This document shows, in pieces, positions 10,845-21,068 of a DNA stretch of 64,000 nt. Position 1 is the stretch's first letter; each line of letters starts with the position of its first letter. The stretch spans positions 2,251 through 66,250 of the forward strand of contig CAYHTW010000002.1 in assembly GCA_964360065.1 (NCBI GenBank). Direction: 5' to 3'. The position numbers were made by a program, and so were the translations under genes. The notes beneath the pieces were generated by a model. The model was not told where the DNA came from and searched no databases. It worked only from the letters and a program-made list of their open reading frames with translations. Source of the stretch: an uncultured Candidatus Saccharibacteria bacterium. GTDB lineage: Bacteria > Patescibacteriota > Minisyncoccia > UBA6257 > Colwellbacteraceae.

Positions 10845-12923
10845 ATGGCTAAGAAAAAACACCAGAATAAAAGACGGGAAGAAACTTTTCACATCATCCA
10901 TCCAGAAGCTAAGTCCAGTATCGTAGCCGTTTTCTCACTGGGATTAGCCGTGGTCTTTGTTTTATCTGGATTCCACGGGGCCGGACCCGTTGGAGAAATG
11001 ATTTTTAATGGGCTCACAAAACTGATGGGCTTGGGTTATTACCTGTTGCCGGCGACTCTCATTGCTATTAGTATCTCTCTTTTCACAAAAGACGCCAAAA
11101 GAATTGTTACGGCCACATTATTTGGCGGATTATTTGTGCTACTTTCCAGCCTCGGCATAATAGACGTTCTTGACCCCGGCCAAGGCGGCTGGCTCGGAGA
11201 AATACTAGGCAGCCTCAATTCCCTCTTCGGTTACTGGGCGGCGCTCACTATTAACTTCACAATATTGCTGGCGGCTCTCATCGCTACCTTCAACACTCCG
11301 ATTAAATTAAGTAAGGGACTGCTCTTCGGTGGTGGCGAGAAAAACGAAAAAGACAGGAAACCAGCCGAAGAACCCAAGTTAAGTTTACCAGAAAGCCCGG
11401 GCATAACCCCTATAGTTGGAGAACATACGGAAGCTACGGAATACAAGGAGAATAAAGAGAAAGAAAATAGAAAGGAGGATAAAGAAACATTTAAGCCTCG
11501 GCACGCTATTAAAACTAATTATGTTTTTCCGCCGCTTAGCCTACTCAAATCAACGAGTGAGAAACCAACCGTAGGAGATCTGAAGGCTAATGCCAATATT
11601 ATCAAAAGAACTTTGGAGAGTTTCGGTATGCCTGTAGAAATGGGAGAAATAACGATTGGGCCCAAAGTAACACGATACACTTTAAAGCCAGCTGAAGGAG
11701 TGAAGTTGTCCAGAATTACGGCCCTGAACCAAGACTTGGCGCTGGCCCTTGCTACCCACCCTATCAGAATAGAAGCTCCTATTCCCGGCAAGTCACTGGT
11801 GGGCATTGAGGTGCCAAATAAAGTAGGCAGTATTGTGCGCTTGGGAGGCTTGCTGAATTATTCGGAGTTCGCCAATTCTCCGTCACTCTGTTTCCCTTTG
11901 GGGCGCGATGTCTCTGGCGACCCGATATTTACTAACCTCTCTAAAATGCCCCACTTGCTCATCGCTGGCTCCACTGGGAGCGGTAAATCAGTAGCGATAC
12001 ACTCTCTTTTAATTTCTCTGCTTTATAAGAACTCACCCGAAACTCTAAGACTAATATTGATAGACCCGAAGCGCGTTGAACTTTCGGTTTATGAAGGTTT
12101 GCCACATTTGGTTTCATCCGTTATTACTGATGGCAAAAAAGCCGTGGCAGCTCTGAGGTTCGGCGTAAACGAGATGGAAAGACGCTACGAGGTTTTACTA
12201 AAAGCTGGTTGCCGCGATATTACGAGTTACAACGACAAAAAGAAAGAAGACCTAATGCCATACCTTGTTATTGTAATTGATGAGCTAGCTGATTTAATGA
12301 TCTCACACGGAAGAGATGTAGAGGGGCTTTCTGTTAGGCTGGCTCAAATGGCTAGGGCCACGGGTATACACTTAATAGTGTCAACGCAGCGACCGTCGGT
12401 AGAAGTCATTACCGGATTGATTAAAGCCAACATCACTTCCAGAATCGCCCTGCAAGTCGCCAGTCAGATTGATTCCAGAACTATTTTAGATATGGCTGGG
12501 GCCGAGAAACTTTTGGGAGGCGGCGATATGCTTTTCATCTCCGGAGAAATCTCCAAACCCAGGAGAATCCAAGGAACTTACGTAACTGATGAAGAAATTA
12601 AAAAAGTAGCCGACTTTATAACTCAAAATAATCTAGAAAATCCGGAAAACCTAAGCGGAGATAGAGAAGAAGGAATCCCGGAAAATAACGGCAAAGAAAC
12701 TTTCAGTAATTATATGGGAAGCGATGACGATGACGATCTGTTTGATGAAGCCCTGGAGGTAGTTAAAGAGGCTCAAAAGGCTTCGGCCTCCCTCCTTCAA
12801 AGAAGGCTTAAAGTCGGTTATGCTAGGGCTGCTAGGCTTCTGGATATAATGGAGTCTAAAAACCTGATTGGCCCCGGCGAAGGAGCTAAGCCTAGAGAGG
12901 TATATATAACTAAAGATGAATAG
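10845..12923 (+). CDS. ftsK: DNA translocase FtsK/SpoIIIE
   Basis: N-terminal TM helices, Walker A AGSTGSGKS, and a C-terminal winged-helix gamma-like domain. Confidence 0.9.
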   Translation: MAKKKHQNKRREETFHIIHPEAKSSIVAVFSLGLAVVFVLSGFHGAGPVGEMIFNGLTKLMGLGYYLLPATLIAISISLFTKDAKRIVTATLFGGLFVLLSSLGIIDVLDPGQGGWLGEILGSLNSLFGYWAALTINFTILLAALIATFNTPIKLSKGLLFGGGEKNEKDRKPAEEPKLSLPESPGITPIVGEHTEATEYKENKEKENRKEDKETFKPRHAIKTNYVFPPLSLLKSTSEKPTVGDLKANANIIKRTLESFGMPVEMGEITIGPKVTRYTLKPAEGVKLSRITALNQDLALALATHPIRIEAPIPGKSLVGIEVPNKVGSIVRLGGLLNYSEFANSPSLCFPLGRDVSGDPIFTNLSKMPHLLIAGSTGSGKSVAIHSLLISLLYKNSPETLRLILIDPKRVELSVYEGLPHLVSSVITDGKKAVAALRFGVNEMERRYEVLLKAGCRDITSYNDKKKEDLMPYLVIVIDELADLMISHGRDVEGLSVRLAQMARATGIHLIVSTQRPSVEVITGLIKANITSRIALQVASQIDSRTILDMAGAEKLLGGGDMLFISGEISKPRRIQGTYVTDEEIKKVADFITQNNLENPENLSGDREEGIPENNGKETFSNYMGSDDDDDLFDEALEVVKEAQKASASLLQRRLKVGYARAARLLDIMESKNLIGPGEGAKPREVYITKDE

Positions 12924-13605
12924 AGAAGGACAAATGGGGATATCGAAATTACTCGGAGAACTTTTAGAAGAAAGAGGTATTAACCCTGAGAAATTAAGCT
13001 ACGCTACTAACGTTCCGACTCGTTTTGTTACCGCTCTCTTAGAGGGCAACTTTAAAGAACTACCAGCTAAACCGTATGTCAGGGGTTATCTTATTAAGAT
13101 TGCCGCCGCGCTGGGCGTGGAAGACGAAGTTATTATGGAAGCTTACCGGGAAAGCACAGAAATCAGAAGCTCTGGGGGCAATGATAAGCTCCCTATGAAC
13201 CGTTTTGCTATTCAAAAAATAAATAAGAACTTTATAATCGTGGCTGTTGTCATTTTGGGGCTACTAATTTTCTTGGGACTTAGAATAAACGATATTATGG
13301 GTACCCCAACCCTGCAGGTCAATCTCCCAGAAAATCCATTTTCCACAAACGACCAGACTTTGAAGATAATCGGCAAGATGAGCGCTAAGGACAAACTCAC
13401 CCTCAATCAGGAAATAGTTTATACTAATCGGGACGGAACGTTCCAAAAAGACGTAACTCTCTCCCCTGGTTTGAACACTTTTGAGTTTGATGCCACTAGA
13501 TTTCTGGGACGCGAGACTAAAATCGTGAGACAAGTTGTCTACGAAGAACCTCAACCGGTTACTCCAGATAATCAAGGTAGTAATCAACAAAATAAACCAC
13601 AATAA
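12916..13605 (+). CDS. HTH (XRE-like) domain membrane protein, RodZ-like architecture
   Basis: N-terminal HTH, a single TM helix IIVAVVILGLLIFLGL and a C-terminal extracytoplasmic domain. Confidence 0.5.
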   Translation: MNREGQMGISKLLGELLEERGINPEKLSYATNVPTRFVTALLEGNFKELPAKPYVRGYLIKIAAALGVEDEVIMEAYRESTEIRSSGGNDKLPMNRFAIQKINKNFIIVAVVILGLLIFLGLRINDIMGTPTLQVNLPENPFSTNDQTLKIIGKMSAKDKLTLNQEIVYTNRDGTFQKDVTLSPGLNTFEFDATRFLGRETKIVRQVVYEEPQPVTPDNQGSNQQNKPQ

Positions 13606-13612
13606 AAAATAA

Positions 13613-14644
13613 ATGAGTCCAAAACAAAGTAAAAAAGAAATAAAGACTGACGAGAATAAAGAACTGGATAATCTTCTACAAAGTCTCCGAGACAAGTTCG
13701 GAGACGGAGCTATTATGCGCTTGGGTGACGTAAATAAGACTGGTGTTGCCGTCATACCAACAGGCTCTTTCTCCCTTGACCTTGCACTCGGCGTAGGAGG
13801 ATTACCACGCGGCAGAGTGGTAGAGATATTCGGTCCAGAATCCAGCGGTAAAACAACCTTAGCCTTAAATGTTGTGGCCCAGGCCCAGAAACAGGGTGGG
13901 AAGGCAGCGTTTATAGATGCCGAGCATGCTATGGATCCTGAATACGCCAAGAAGCTCGGAGTAAACATTAATAACTTACTTATCTCCCAGCCAGACAGCG
14001 GTGAGGAAGCTTTGAATATACTGGAAAGTTTAGTTCGTTCTGGAATGATATCTGTTGTAGTGGTTGACTCGGTGGCCGCCTTAACCCCAAAAGCGGAACT
14101 TGAAGGCGAAATGGGAGACCAGCACGTAGGTCGCCAAGCGAGAATGATGGGTCAGGCCCTAAGGAAGCTCACGGCTATCGCTAACAACAGCCAAACTCTT
14201 ATTATTTTTATCAATCAGATTAGAATGAAAATAGGCATCATGTTCGGCAACCCCGAAACAACTCCTGGCGGCAGGGCACTTCCTTTTGCCTCTTCAGTTA
14301 GAATTGATATCCGTAAAATTGCCCAGATAAAAAAGGGTGAAGCGGTTGTTGGTAACCGCGTTAGAGCTAAAGTAGTTAAAAATAAAGTTTCGGCTCCTTT
14401 CAGGTCAGCCGAGTTTGATATACTTTTCGGCGAAGGAATTTCTTACGAAGGAGACGTCTTGAATACCGGAGTTAATTATGGAGTGGTGACTAAATCCGGC
14501 GCCAGTTACACTTTTGAAGAAGAAAAGCTGGGTGTCGGCTTTGATAACGTCAGAGATAAACTCAAAGAAGATAAAAAGCTAGCCGAGGCCATCAAGAAAA
14601 AAGTTATGGCCACTATTGATTCTCAGCCTAAAACTCAGGCCTAG
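13613..14644 (+). CDS. recA: Recombinase RecA
   Basis: [17 protein letters not shown] Walker A with a canonical RecA core. Confidence 0.95.
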   Translation: MSPKQSKKEIKTDENKELDNLLQSLRDKFGDGAIMRLGDVNKTGVAVIPTGSFSLDLALGVGGLPRGRVVEIFGPESSGKTTLALNVVAQAQKQGGKAAFIDAEHAMDPEYAKKLGVNINNLLISQPDSGEEALNILESLVRSGMISVVVVDSVAALTPKAELEGEMGDQHVGRQARMMGQALRKLTAIANNSQTLIIFINQIRMKIGIMFGNPETTPGGRALPFASSVRIDIRKIAQIKKGEAVVGNRVRAKVVKNKVSAPFRSAEFDILFGEGISYEGDVLNTGVNYGVVTKSGASYTFEEEKLGVGFDNVRDKLKEDKKLAEAIKKKVMATIDSQPKTQA

Positions 14645-14808
14645 CTATTCTTTATTAAGAAGAAAAAAATTCTCCAGTAGTTTAGCTATTAAGATAGGCC
14701 CCGTACCGCCTGGGGTTGGTGTATAGAAGGAAAGTTTATCCAGTTGCCCCTTGTCATTTCCAGTATCAAAATCTCCGGATAACCTCCCGTCTGGAAAGTA
14801 ATAGTGTT

Positions 14809-15243
14809 TTATTTTTTAAGGATGGCGTCGTGGATTTCTTGTGTTAGTTGATTATTCACTTTGACAAGTCTATTAATCTCGTCTTGAAGTTTTAAAATAG
14901 CTTCGACGTCTTTAAAAGACTGCTCCGCCTGCTTGTCGGAGGCGCGGCTTAAAACCTGCTGGCCCACGGCCAATATTGGCAGAGCTAGAAGCTGGACTAT
15001 ATTGCTCAAGAAAAGCAGGAAAATGAAAGGATAAGGATCTTGCTTAAAAAAACCGATACTCAACGTAGCGAGAACTATCCAGCCAGTCATCCACAGCGAA
15101 AGGACATAGAAAGCCCCCATACTCCCAAACTTGTTAGTTATAAAAAGAGCTAAACGTCCATTGAAGCCGATGTGCTCGTTCTTAGTAAGCCGAGGGCCGG
15201 CTTTTTCTCTTTCTTTGATCCAAGGATGAGGAATATGTTCCAT
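14809..15243 (-). CDS. Small two-TM membrane protein (possibly DUF1003-like)
   Basis: Hydrophobic helices and a C-terminal coiled-coil; start placed at MEHIPHPW. Confidence 0.45.
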   Translation of the reverse strand: MEHIPHPWIKEREKAGPRLTKNEHIGFNGRLALFITNKFGSMGAFYVLSLWMTGWIVLATLSIGFFKQDPYPFIFLLFLSNIVQLLALPILAVGQQVLSRASDKQAEQSFKDVEAILKLQDEINRLVKVNNQLTQEIHDAILKK

Positions 15244-15299
15244 TAGGTTTATTATACACCAATTAAAACAAAGCCCGCCCAAAGGACGGGTGGGCCAGC

Positions 15300-15422
15300 C
15301 TACTTGCGTCGCTTCTTTTTCCTTCCCTCCAACATAAGCCTCTTTATCTCCAGTCGCTTCTTTGTTTTGTGTGAATGTGATTTTTTACGTTTACTTGTTA
15401 GTCCTGAAGTTCTTTTTGCCAT
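15300..15422 (-). CDS. Candidate 40 aa highly basic small protein MAKRTSGLTSKRKKSHSHKTKKRLEIKRLMLEGRKKKRRK
   Basis: Found by manual translation; absent from the ORF track because it is under 60 aa. Lys/Arg-rich, like small ribosome- or nucleic-acid-associated proteins. Confidence 0.25.
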   Translation of the reverse strand: MAKRTSGLTSKRKKSHSHKTKKRLEIKRLMLEGRKKKRRK

Positions 15423-15511
15423 ATTATAAATATATTAGTTAATTATTCTTTAATTAGGCGAAGTATAACAGAATTTACCGGCAAAGGGAAATATTCTTAT
15501 TAGCTTGTTTG

Positions 15512-15588
15512 GGTGCCCAACGGGATTCGAACCCGTGATGAGAGTTCCACAAACTCTAGTGTTACCACTACACCATGGGCACCATAAT
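15512..15588 (-). tRNA. tRNA-His (anticodon GTG)
   Basis: Cloverleaf with an extra 5' G-1, anticodon loop ttGTGga, T-loop ggttcgaatcc. Confidence 0.8.
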
Positions 15589-15790
15589 TACGGTCAAATA
15601 TTAGCTGCTCTAAACCATAAGAGCAAGTTCAATTAAAGTTGAGATCGTTAAGGGCCTCTATGTTCATAATGTGTGACGATTTCATTAATGAAACCGATAT
15701 CGTATCAAGCCTGAAAGTCTCAGACTCAATGAGCTCTAACTTGGTGCCGCAATAGGGAATTAAACACCTTTAGTCTTTCTTAATTTTTTG

Positions 15791-15862
15791 TGCCGGACCC
15801 CAGAGTCGAACTGGGCACGCCTGCCTCTTCAGGGCAGCGCTCTACCGATGAGCTAGTCCGGC
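15791..15862 (-). tRNA. tRNA-Phe (anticodon GAA)
   Basis: Acceptor gccggac/gtccggc, anticodon loop ctGAAga, T-loop gttcgactc. Confidence 0.8.
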
Positions 15863-15951
15863 TTAACGGACAAAATTGTAGCATCGGCTTTCCGTAAATT
15901 GCAATCAGAAAAAATTTCATATACTCTTCGTTAGAAATAGCCGCCCCGTAA

Positions 15952-16023
15952 GCCCTCATAGTTCAATGGATAGAACAATTCCGTCCTAAGGAAAAAATGG
16001 GAGTTCGATTCTCTCTGAGGGCA
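15952..16023 (+). tRNA. tRNA-Arg (anticodon CCT)
   Basis: Acceptor gccctca/tgagggc, anticodon loop gtCCTaa, T-loop gttcgattc. Confidence 0.75.
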
Positions 16024-16030
16024 CAAAATA

Positions 16031-16064
16031 AAATCACCCAGCCTAGGCTGGGTGATTTTATTTT
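16031..16064. terminator. Bidirectional rho-independent terminator (aaaatcacccagcc-ta-ggctgggtgatttt) between tRNA-Arg (+) and cspA (-)
   Basis: Perfect 14 bp stem flanked by A-run and T-run. Confidence 0.7.
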
Positions 16065-16072
16065 ATAGTATC

Positions 16073-16270
16073 TTAGGCGCGTGAAACATTCGTAGCGCTG
16101 GGTCCCTTTTCGGTATCCACCACTTCAAATGAGACAACATCGCCAACCTTGAGTTCATCGTACATAACGCCCTGCAACTCCTTGGAGTGAAAGAAAATAT
16201 CTTTCTGTCCGTCTTCGCGGGCGATAAATCCGAAACCCTTCTGGGTCAAGGTCTTTATTGTTCCTGTCAT
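16073..16270 (-). CDS. cspA: Cold-shock protein CspA family
   Basis: GTIKTLTQKGFGFIARED...VSFEV is a canonical cold-shock domain, 65 aa. Confidence 0.9.
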   Translation of the reverse strand: MTGTIKTLTQKGFGFIAREDGQKDIFFHSKELQGVMYDELKVGDVVSFEVVDTEKGPSATNVSRA

Positions 16271-16471
16271 TTATTTTTTTGTATTTTGTGTAAGAAACTC
16301 GACTTGTTGCTTAACTTGAACTAAGTATAGCATAAACGCTAATAGTTTGCAATCAGGCTCGACCTTTAAGCTAGCCTGGGGTTATAAATCTATGGATAAG
16401 GGGGGTAGGCGAACCAGAATGGTCAAGGGCCTCTTCTCCAGTTATAATCAGATTAAACTCTTACTCTACTA

Positions 16472-17023
16472 ATGCACCCTTTAAAGTTTTTTATGCGATC
16501 TATGCGGAATTGGAAAACTATTGGTACGCCAATGCCCTCTTCACTTATCGCCTCTAAAAAAATGGCCGATCCAGTTGATTTCGGTTCCGCAAGATGTGTA
16601 GTGGAACTCGGAGCAGGCTCGGGACCGATAACTAAAGAATTATTAAAGAGGTTGCATCCAGAGGCCAAGCTTTTTGTTTTTGAGAGAGTAAAAGATTTTT
16701 CGGACTTGATTAGAGATTTCAACGACCCGCGACTCACTGTCGTAAATGACTCAGCAGAGAAACTCATCCCTATTTTGAAATCTTATGGAGTAGAGATGGT
16801 GGACGCCGTGGTTTCAACGCTCCCGCTCGCTCTGATGGACAAAGAGGTTAAAGAAAATATATACTCCTCTATTTCCAAAATTCTGCGTCCTGGGAGTCCT
16901 TACGTTCAGATACAGTATTCTCTGCTTTCCAAACGTGAACTCAAAAAGAATTTTTCTAAAGTTAGTTTAAGATTTACTATACTTAATTTCCCTCCTTCTT
17001 TTTTCTACACCTGCAGAGTTTAA
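16472..17023 (+). CDS. Class I SAM-dependent methyltransferase
   Basis: Motif I VELGAGSGPITKELL. Confidence 0.55.
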   Translation: MHPLKFFMRSMRNWKTIGTPMPSSLIASKKMADPVDFGSARCVVELGAGSGPITKELLKRLHPEAKLFVFERVKDFSDLIRDFNDPRLTVVNDSAEKLIPILKSYGVEMVDAVVSTLPLALMDKEVKENIYSSISKILRPGSPYVQIQYSLLSKRELKKNFSKVSLRFTILNFPPSFFYTCRV

Positions 17024-17389
17024 GAAGAAAGCTTGGGAACGGTTTTTGATAATCAACACTAAGGCAATGGTAGCTATGGATACGTCTCTGAAAATCACTT
17101 GAAAATCACCTAAATCAAAGAAGACTATGGCGAATAATAGGATGAAGGCAGCTAAGCTCGGCCAAAAGACTTTCCAGCCCGAAAGAATCCATAAAGCTAT
17201 TATAATTTCTACAACTCCGAAAGAGTGCAAGAGAACTGCGTCAGGCACAAATCCCCGCATAAAAGCAGGGAAGTAGCCGATCCAAGAGTAAGGATCAAAG
17301 AAGGCATTGATAGGAGGGAAAAGGAAGGAAAAAGCCAATCCTCCCCTCAAAACCCAGTCGATAAGTTTATCTAGATTCATTACCGACAT
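16967..17389 (-). CDS. DoxX-like small membrane protein (start trimmed to MSVMNL)
   Basis: Four hydrophobic helices; the long upstream extension in the ORF track is probably not translated. Confidence 0.4.
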   Translation of the reverse strand: MSVMNLDKLIDWVLRGGLAFSFLFPPINAFFDPYSWIGYFPAFMRGFVPDAVLLHSFGVVEIIIALWILSGWKVFWPSLAAFILLFAIVFFDLGDFQVIFRDVSIATIALVLIIKNRSQAFFLNSAGVEKRRREIKYSKS

Positions 17390-17537
17390 TAGCAGCGCTG
17401 TCGTTGGTGGTTGCGGGTTGATTAGTGGCAGTGTCTGGAGCTTGAGTTGATTGTGGCTGGGCGTAAAGGACGTAGACAATTCCTACTACAACCGCCACAA
17501 CAATCACGGCTGCTATAATTTTGTTATTACTGTTCAT
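17367..17537 (-). CDS. Candidate 56 aa membrane-anchored small protein MNSNNKIIAAVIVVAVVVGIVYVLYAQPQ...
   Basis: Manual translation. An N-terminal TM helix, then a Thr/Asn-rich tail. Overlaps the DoxX-like start region in another frame. Confidence 0.2.
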   Translation of the reverse strand: MNSNNKIIAAVIVVAVVVGIVYVLYAQPQSTQAPDTATNQPATTNDSAANVGNESR

Positions 17538-17675
17538 TCTGAATATATTTGTTTTTTTAATAGCGACTTATTAATCTTACAGACTATAATTATAGCATAG
17601 ATGTAACCGCGAATTATGGAAGTTGCTAAGGAAGCTCCGATAAATTAGAATCAATTTATTCGTAAATGAGGCTAT

Positions 17676-17747
17676 GCCCTTGTAGCTCAATGGATAGAGC
17701 AGTGCTCTTCTAAGGCATTGATGCGGGTTCGATTCCTGCCGGGGGCA
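17676..17747 (+). tRNA. tRNA-Arg (anticodon TCT)
   Basis: Anticodon loop ctTCTaa, T-loop gttcgattc. Confidence 0.75.
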
Positions 17748-17752
17748 CATTT

Positions 17753-17823
17753 CGGGCCGTCGTATACCGGTAGTACGCTTGCTTTGGGAGCAAGATGACC
17801 GAGTTCGATTCTCGGCGGCCCGA
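17753..17823 (+). tRNA. tRNA-Pro (anticodon TGG)
   Basis: Anticodon loop ttTGGga, T-loop gttcgattc; lies 6 nt after tRNA-Arg. Confidence 0.75.
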
Positions 17824-17854
17824 CTAGATAGAAAATAAAAGATGGGTCCGATGG

Positions 17855-18487
17855 TTATTTGGTGAGGTTATCAAATTGACTCATTAAATCCTTATATTTA
17901 TTGTTTAAGTCGTTAATTGCTTTAGCTTCGTCATTCATTGAAGAGATTAATTCTTTCACCTTCTCCTTAGCATTAGGTACGCTTCCAGAATTACTGAACC
18001 TGCTTAGTAAGACGTCCAAGAGTTGACGAACGTCAGCGTTGTAGTTTATAAGCCTTTGCACTATTTGAGATTCGTTCAAAACAGCCTCCAGACCAATACG
18101 GGCTGCATTTTCCGGTTTAACAGAATTAAGATTATTAGTCATTACTCCTAGTTGCGTAGAGAGATCGTAGGCTTTAACGAAAGCTGCTTCGTTGTCCTGA
18201 ATTTCTTTTGAAACCAAGTTCAAGCCATCTGTATAATTCCCTCTTTCGTCGGCCTGTCTAATATTCTCCAAATTAGCTATTGATGTTTCGGAAGAAGCGA
18301 CAATTTCTTCGGCAATAATAGCTCCCCTACCACGGGCGTCAGTAAAGTCTTGGGGTACAAATGTCTTTGGGAAACTGATAACCAGGACGACTTTAACTAG
18401 AAAGTAAATGGCTACCAAGCCCACCACCATTACAGAGGCTGTCCTAAACCAGTATTTCTTCATTATGTGCATTGTCGGCATATCCAT
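17855..18487 (-). CDS. Membrane-anchored hypothetical protein with coiled-coil ectodomain
   Basis: N-terminal TM helix VMVVGLVAIYFLVKVVLVI and no known motif. Confidence 0.45.
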   Translation of the reverse strand: MDMPTMHIMKKYWFRTASVMVVGLVAIYFLVKVVLVISFPKTFVPQDFTDARGRGAIIAEEIVASSETSIANLENIRQADERGNYTDGLNLVSKEIQDNEAAFVKAYDLSTQLGVMTNNLNSVKPENAARIGLEAVLNESQIVQRLINYNADVRQLLDVLLSRFSNSGSVPNAKEKVKELISSMNDEAKAINDLNNKYKDLMSQFDNLTK

Positions 18488-18547
18488 AAAATCTATTCAA
18501 TTTCTTTACAAGAATCAAGCATTCAATTAAAATGACGTAGATTTAAA

Positions 18548-18621
18548 GCGGGATTAGTATAGTGGCAGTACGCTACCTTGCCAAGGTAATGGCGCCGGTT
18601 CGATTCCGGTATCCCGCTCCA
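18548..18621 (+). tRNA. tRNA-Gly (anticodon GCC), CCA encoded
   Basis: gcgggat...ttGCCaa...ggttcgattcc...atcccgc-t-cca. Confidence 0.85.
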
Positions 18622-18690
18622 GTATCAAACAGAGTCAGTACGATTCAAGATCCGTATAGTCATTCATGCTAGTTAAAATTTATTGGAAAG

Positions 18691-19647
18691 TTATGCATCA
18701 CATCTGTTTCCGCTTTGTGAACTGTTTGGCGCGGTAACCTGCGAAGCTATTTGCGCGTAACCAGACGCGCTGGAATAATTGGCTCCGAGAATTTCCTGCG
18801 GGTTCACGTCTTTCCAATCAACTCCTTTACTTTTCATGTAAGTTGCTATGGTGAGGTAGGTATCCGGGAACCAATAGGAATTCACGGTCAGAGCTGTCTT
18901 CCATATGACTTGCTCGCCAACTCCCTGCGAAGCCATAAGCTCTAGAAGTCCGAGCATAGCCATACCATGATTGCAGTCTGGAAAATAGGTTGAGTTATTA
19001 CAACACGGCCTGTATATGCCCCTTGATACTTTATCCACAAGAGCCTGCTGTTCCGGCGTCAATGTGAAAAACATATGCCGGCTATAGTGATCCATAGAAT
19101 CTCCCCTAGATATCGTCCATCCTCCGGTTGAGGCAAAATTCTGCACTCCGCCGTAAGCCGGATTTACCATCTCGCCTGATTCTAGTATCGGGTTTTTACT
19201 GGCGAGACCGAGTGCCCAAAATAGATTTAACAAATAGCCTGCGTTATCCTTTGTCATTTTAAGATTGCCATCGCTTTGCCCTAGAAGTAGGTTTTTGTAT
19301 TCATCTGTAAAAGCTCTTCTTTCTTCGTATATGGCTTTAAATCTATCGGCATCGATTGCGCCCACACTGACAAGTTTTACACCAAGATCGCCCCAGGTGA
19401 CCGGCAGAACAACTCCTCCAGGCGGAAATACTTTTTCTTCCAGCATGGATACCTGTGTTTTTTCCGATTCCGCCACGCCAGTCGATTTTTGCTGGATATT
19501 CTCGGCTTTGAACCCAGTTGTGTATACCAACGCGCTTGCCAAAATTACTGCTGAAATAAGAGTGCTGACAGGAAACGTATGGTTTTCTTTAGCCTGTTCA
19601 ACTGGCTGAGAATTTTCAATTATCTGTTTTGGTGTCTTGTCTTCCAT
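18691..19647 (-). CDS. Signal-anchored Cys-motif protein of unknown function (motif RPCCNNSTYFPDCNHGMAM)
   Basis: N-terminal TM anchor and a clustered Cys/His motif. Last gene of the copper-locus strand block. Confidence 0.45.
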   Translation of the reverse strand: MEDKTPKQIIENSQPVEQAKENHTFPVSTLISAVILASALVYTTGFKAENIQQKSTGVAESEKTQVSMLEEKVFPPGGVVLPVTWGDLGVKLVSVGAIDADRFKAIYEERRAFTDEYKNLLLGQSDGNLKMTKDNAGYLLNLFWALGLASKNPILESGEMVNPAYGGVQNFASTGGWTISRGDSMDHYSRHMFFTLTPEQQALVDKVSRGIYRPCCNNSTYFPDCNHGMAMLGLLELMASQGVGEQVIWKTALTVNSYWFPDTYLTIATYMKSKGVDWKDVNPQEILGANYSSASGYAQIASQVTAPNSSQSGNRCDA

Positions 19648-19655
19648 AGTTCTAT

Positions 19656-20174
19656 CTATTCATCACAGCAATCGGCCAGTTTGTTCACTAACTCTTCCAG
19701 CTGAGAACTGTCTTTTGCTGTTGTTTTTATTTTATGACCGCTGATTAAGTTAAGTTTAAGCGCCCAAAAGATCGAATAAATCTTATAAGCCTTCTCAAAC
19801 ATACTCTTTGCTTCGTCTTTTTTGTTTTCGGATTGCAATTTGTTGCCGACCTCAGTGAGCCGCATGGCGGTAGCCAAGAGGTGCTTGGAAATACACCACG
19901 TTTCTCCTTCGTGATTTGGCATGAGTTTTGCTAAAAGTTCTTTCCGAATACTCCGAATTTCCTGTGATGTGTCGAAATACTCGTCTTTTTTGGTTTTCAC
20001 GCCTGTAAAGAAAAAATGCTCTTCAAGACTGATGAGATTCATCACCGCCAAACTCAAATCTTCTGCAATAGATAAATCTACTCCGGCTTTTTCTTTAAGA
20101 GAGTTTATTTTTGCTAGGAATTTATCCATTGTTAATGTTTTAGTGTTCACCCCGTTAGAAATTTTTGTAGTCAT
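19656..20174 (-). CDS. Hypothetical cytoplasmic protein (C-terminal CCDE)
   Basis: Plausible codon usage and no recognisable domain. Confidence 0.4.
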   Translation of the reverse strand: MTTKISNGVNTKTLTMDKFLAKINSLKEKAGVDLSIAEDLSLAVMNLISLEEHFFFTGVKTKKDEYFDTSQEIRSIRKELLAKLMPNHEGETWCISKHLLATAMRLTEVGNKLQSENKKDEAKSMFEKAYKIYSIFWALKLNLISGHKIKTTAKDSSQLEELVNKLADCCDE

Positions 20175-20283
20175 GTTTTTTAATTCTTTTATTGCGGCCC
20201 CGCTAGCGACAACTGAATTTCTAGCGGGGTTCGTAAGTTTATGCTTCGATATGGCTCAGCATAATCCTGAACTTACTGAAGGA

Positions 20284-21063
20284 CTAGATGAAGAAAATTA
20301 AAATGCCTAGAATGATCATGGCGAGCCCAGCCCAAAACCGCACTCTTTTCATGTTTGTCTTTTTCCATTCCTGCATTTTGTCCACAATCGTTTTGTCTGC
20401 CGCGATCCAAAGCACTACGGCAAGCGGCAACGCAAGGATTAGGTTATAGAGCGCGAGGTAACCGAAGCCCGTGAAGTATGTTACTTGGTCGCGAAGCAAA
20501 CCAATGACCATGAGGTATGGTCCGCCCATACAGGGGAACTGGCAGATACCAACCAAAAGCCCCAACCCGAATGCGGCCGGGAACGACGCTTTTTCCATCA
20601 GCCGACCCATTGCAGTATGGGAAACTGACGGAATTTTTAGCTTGATCGGGAATCTTGGGAAAAACTCGTTGATGAGGTTAATTACTCCAAAAACGATGAG
20701 AATTGTCGCTCCAAGTTTACCCATGAAGTGGGGTGTGTTGAACAGGTGCAACACCTTGAGAATGCCGAGCCCAATCAAGAAATACGCTGCAAAAATCCCA
20801 GCGATATACGTACCGCCGATCTGAAGGATTCTTTTCCTTGTCATCTGCATCCCAAAGAGGAATGCGATAGTGATGAGAAGAATGGAGAATGAACACGGAT
20901 GAACGCTGTCGAGAAGAGCGGCGAGCAAGACGAGTGGCAGAAGCCACGCACCCTTATTACTTAAATCCCAGATGAGTGAGGCAGTTATAGCGCTATTCTT
21001 GAGTACCACAAGCCCGACAATGACTGCAACGACTACGGAAAGAATTATTAGTATTCTTTTCAT
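20284..21063 (-). CDS. CcdA/DsbD-family thiol-disulfide transmembrane electron-transfer protein
   Basis: Polytopic, with paired membrane cysteines (DSVHPCSF and GICQFPCMGGP). Confidence 0.55.
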   Translation of the reverse strand: MKRILIILSVVVAVIVGLVVLKNSAITASLIWDLSNKGAWLLPLVLLAALLDSVHPCSFSILLITIAFLFGMQMTRKRILQIGGTYIAGIFAAYFLIGLGILKVLHLFNTPHFMGKLGATILIVFGVINLINEFFPRFPIKLKIPSVSHTAMGRLMEKASFPAAFGLGLLVGICQFPCMGGPYLMVIGLLRDQVTYFTGFGYLALYNLILALPLAVVLWIAADKTIVDKMQEWKKTNMKRVRFWAGLAMIILGILIFFI

Positions 21064-21068
21064 GGGAG

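Noticed and set aside
13264-13968. 234 aa - strand ORF spanning rodZ-like and recA
   Set aside because: Antisense to two strongly supported genes, including recA. Spurious.
15741-15790. tRNA-like 3' end (tggtgccgc...) between tRNA-His and tRNA-Phe
   Set aside because: No T-arm (gggaattaaac does not fit) and no complementary acceptor strand. Not a tRNA, and at most a decayed fragment.
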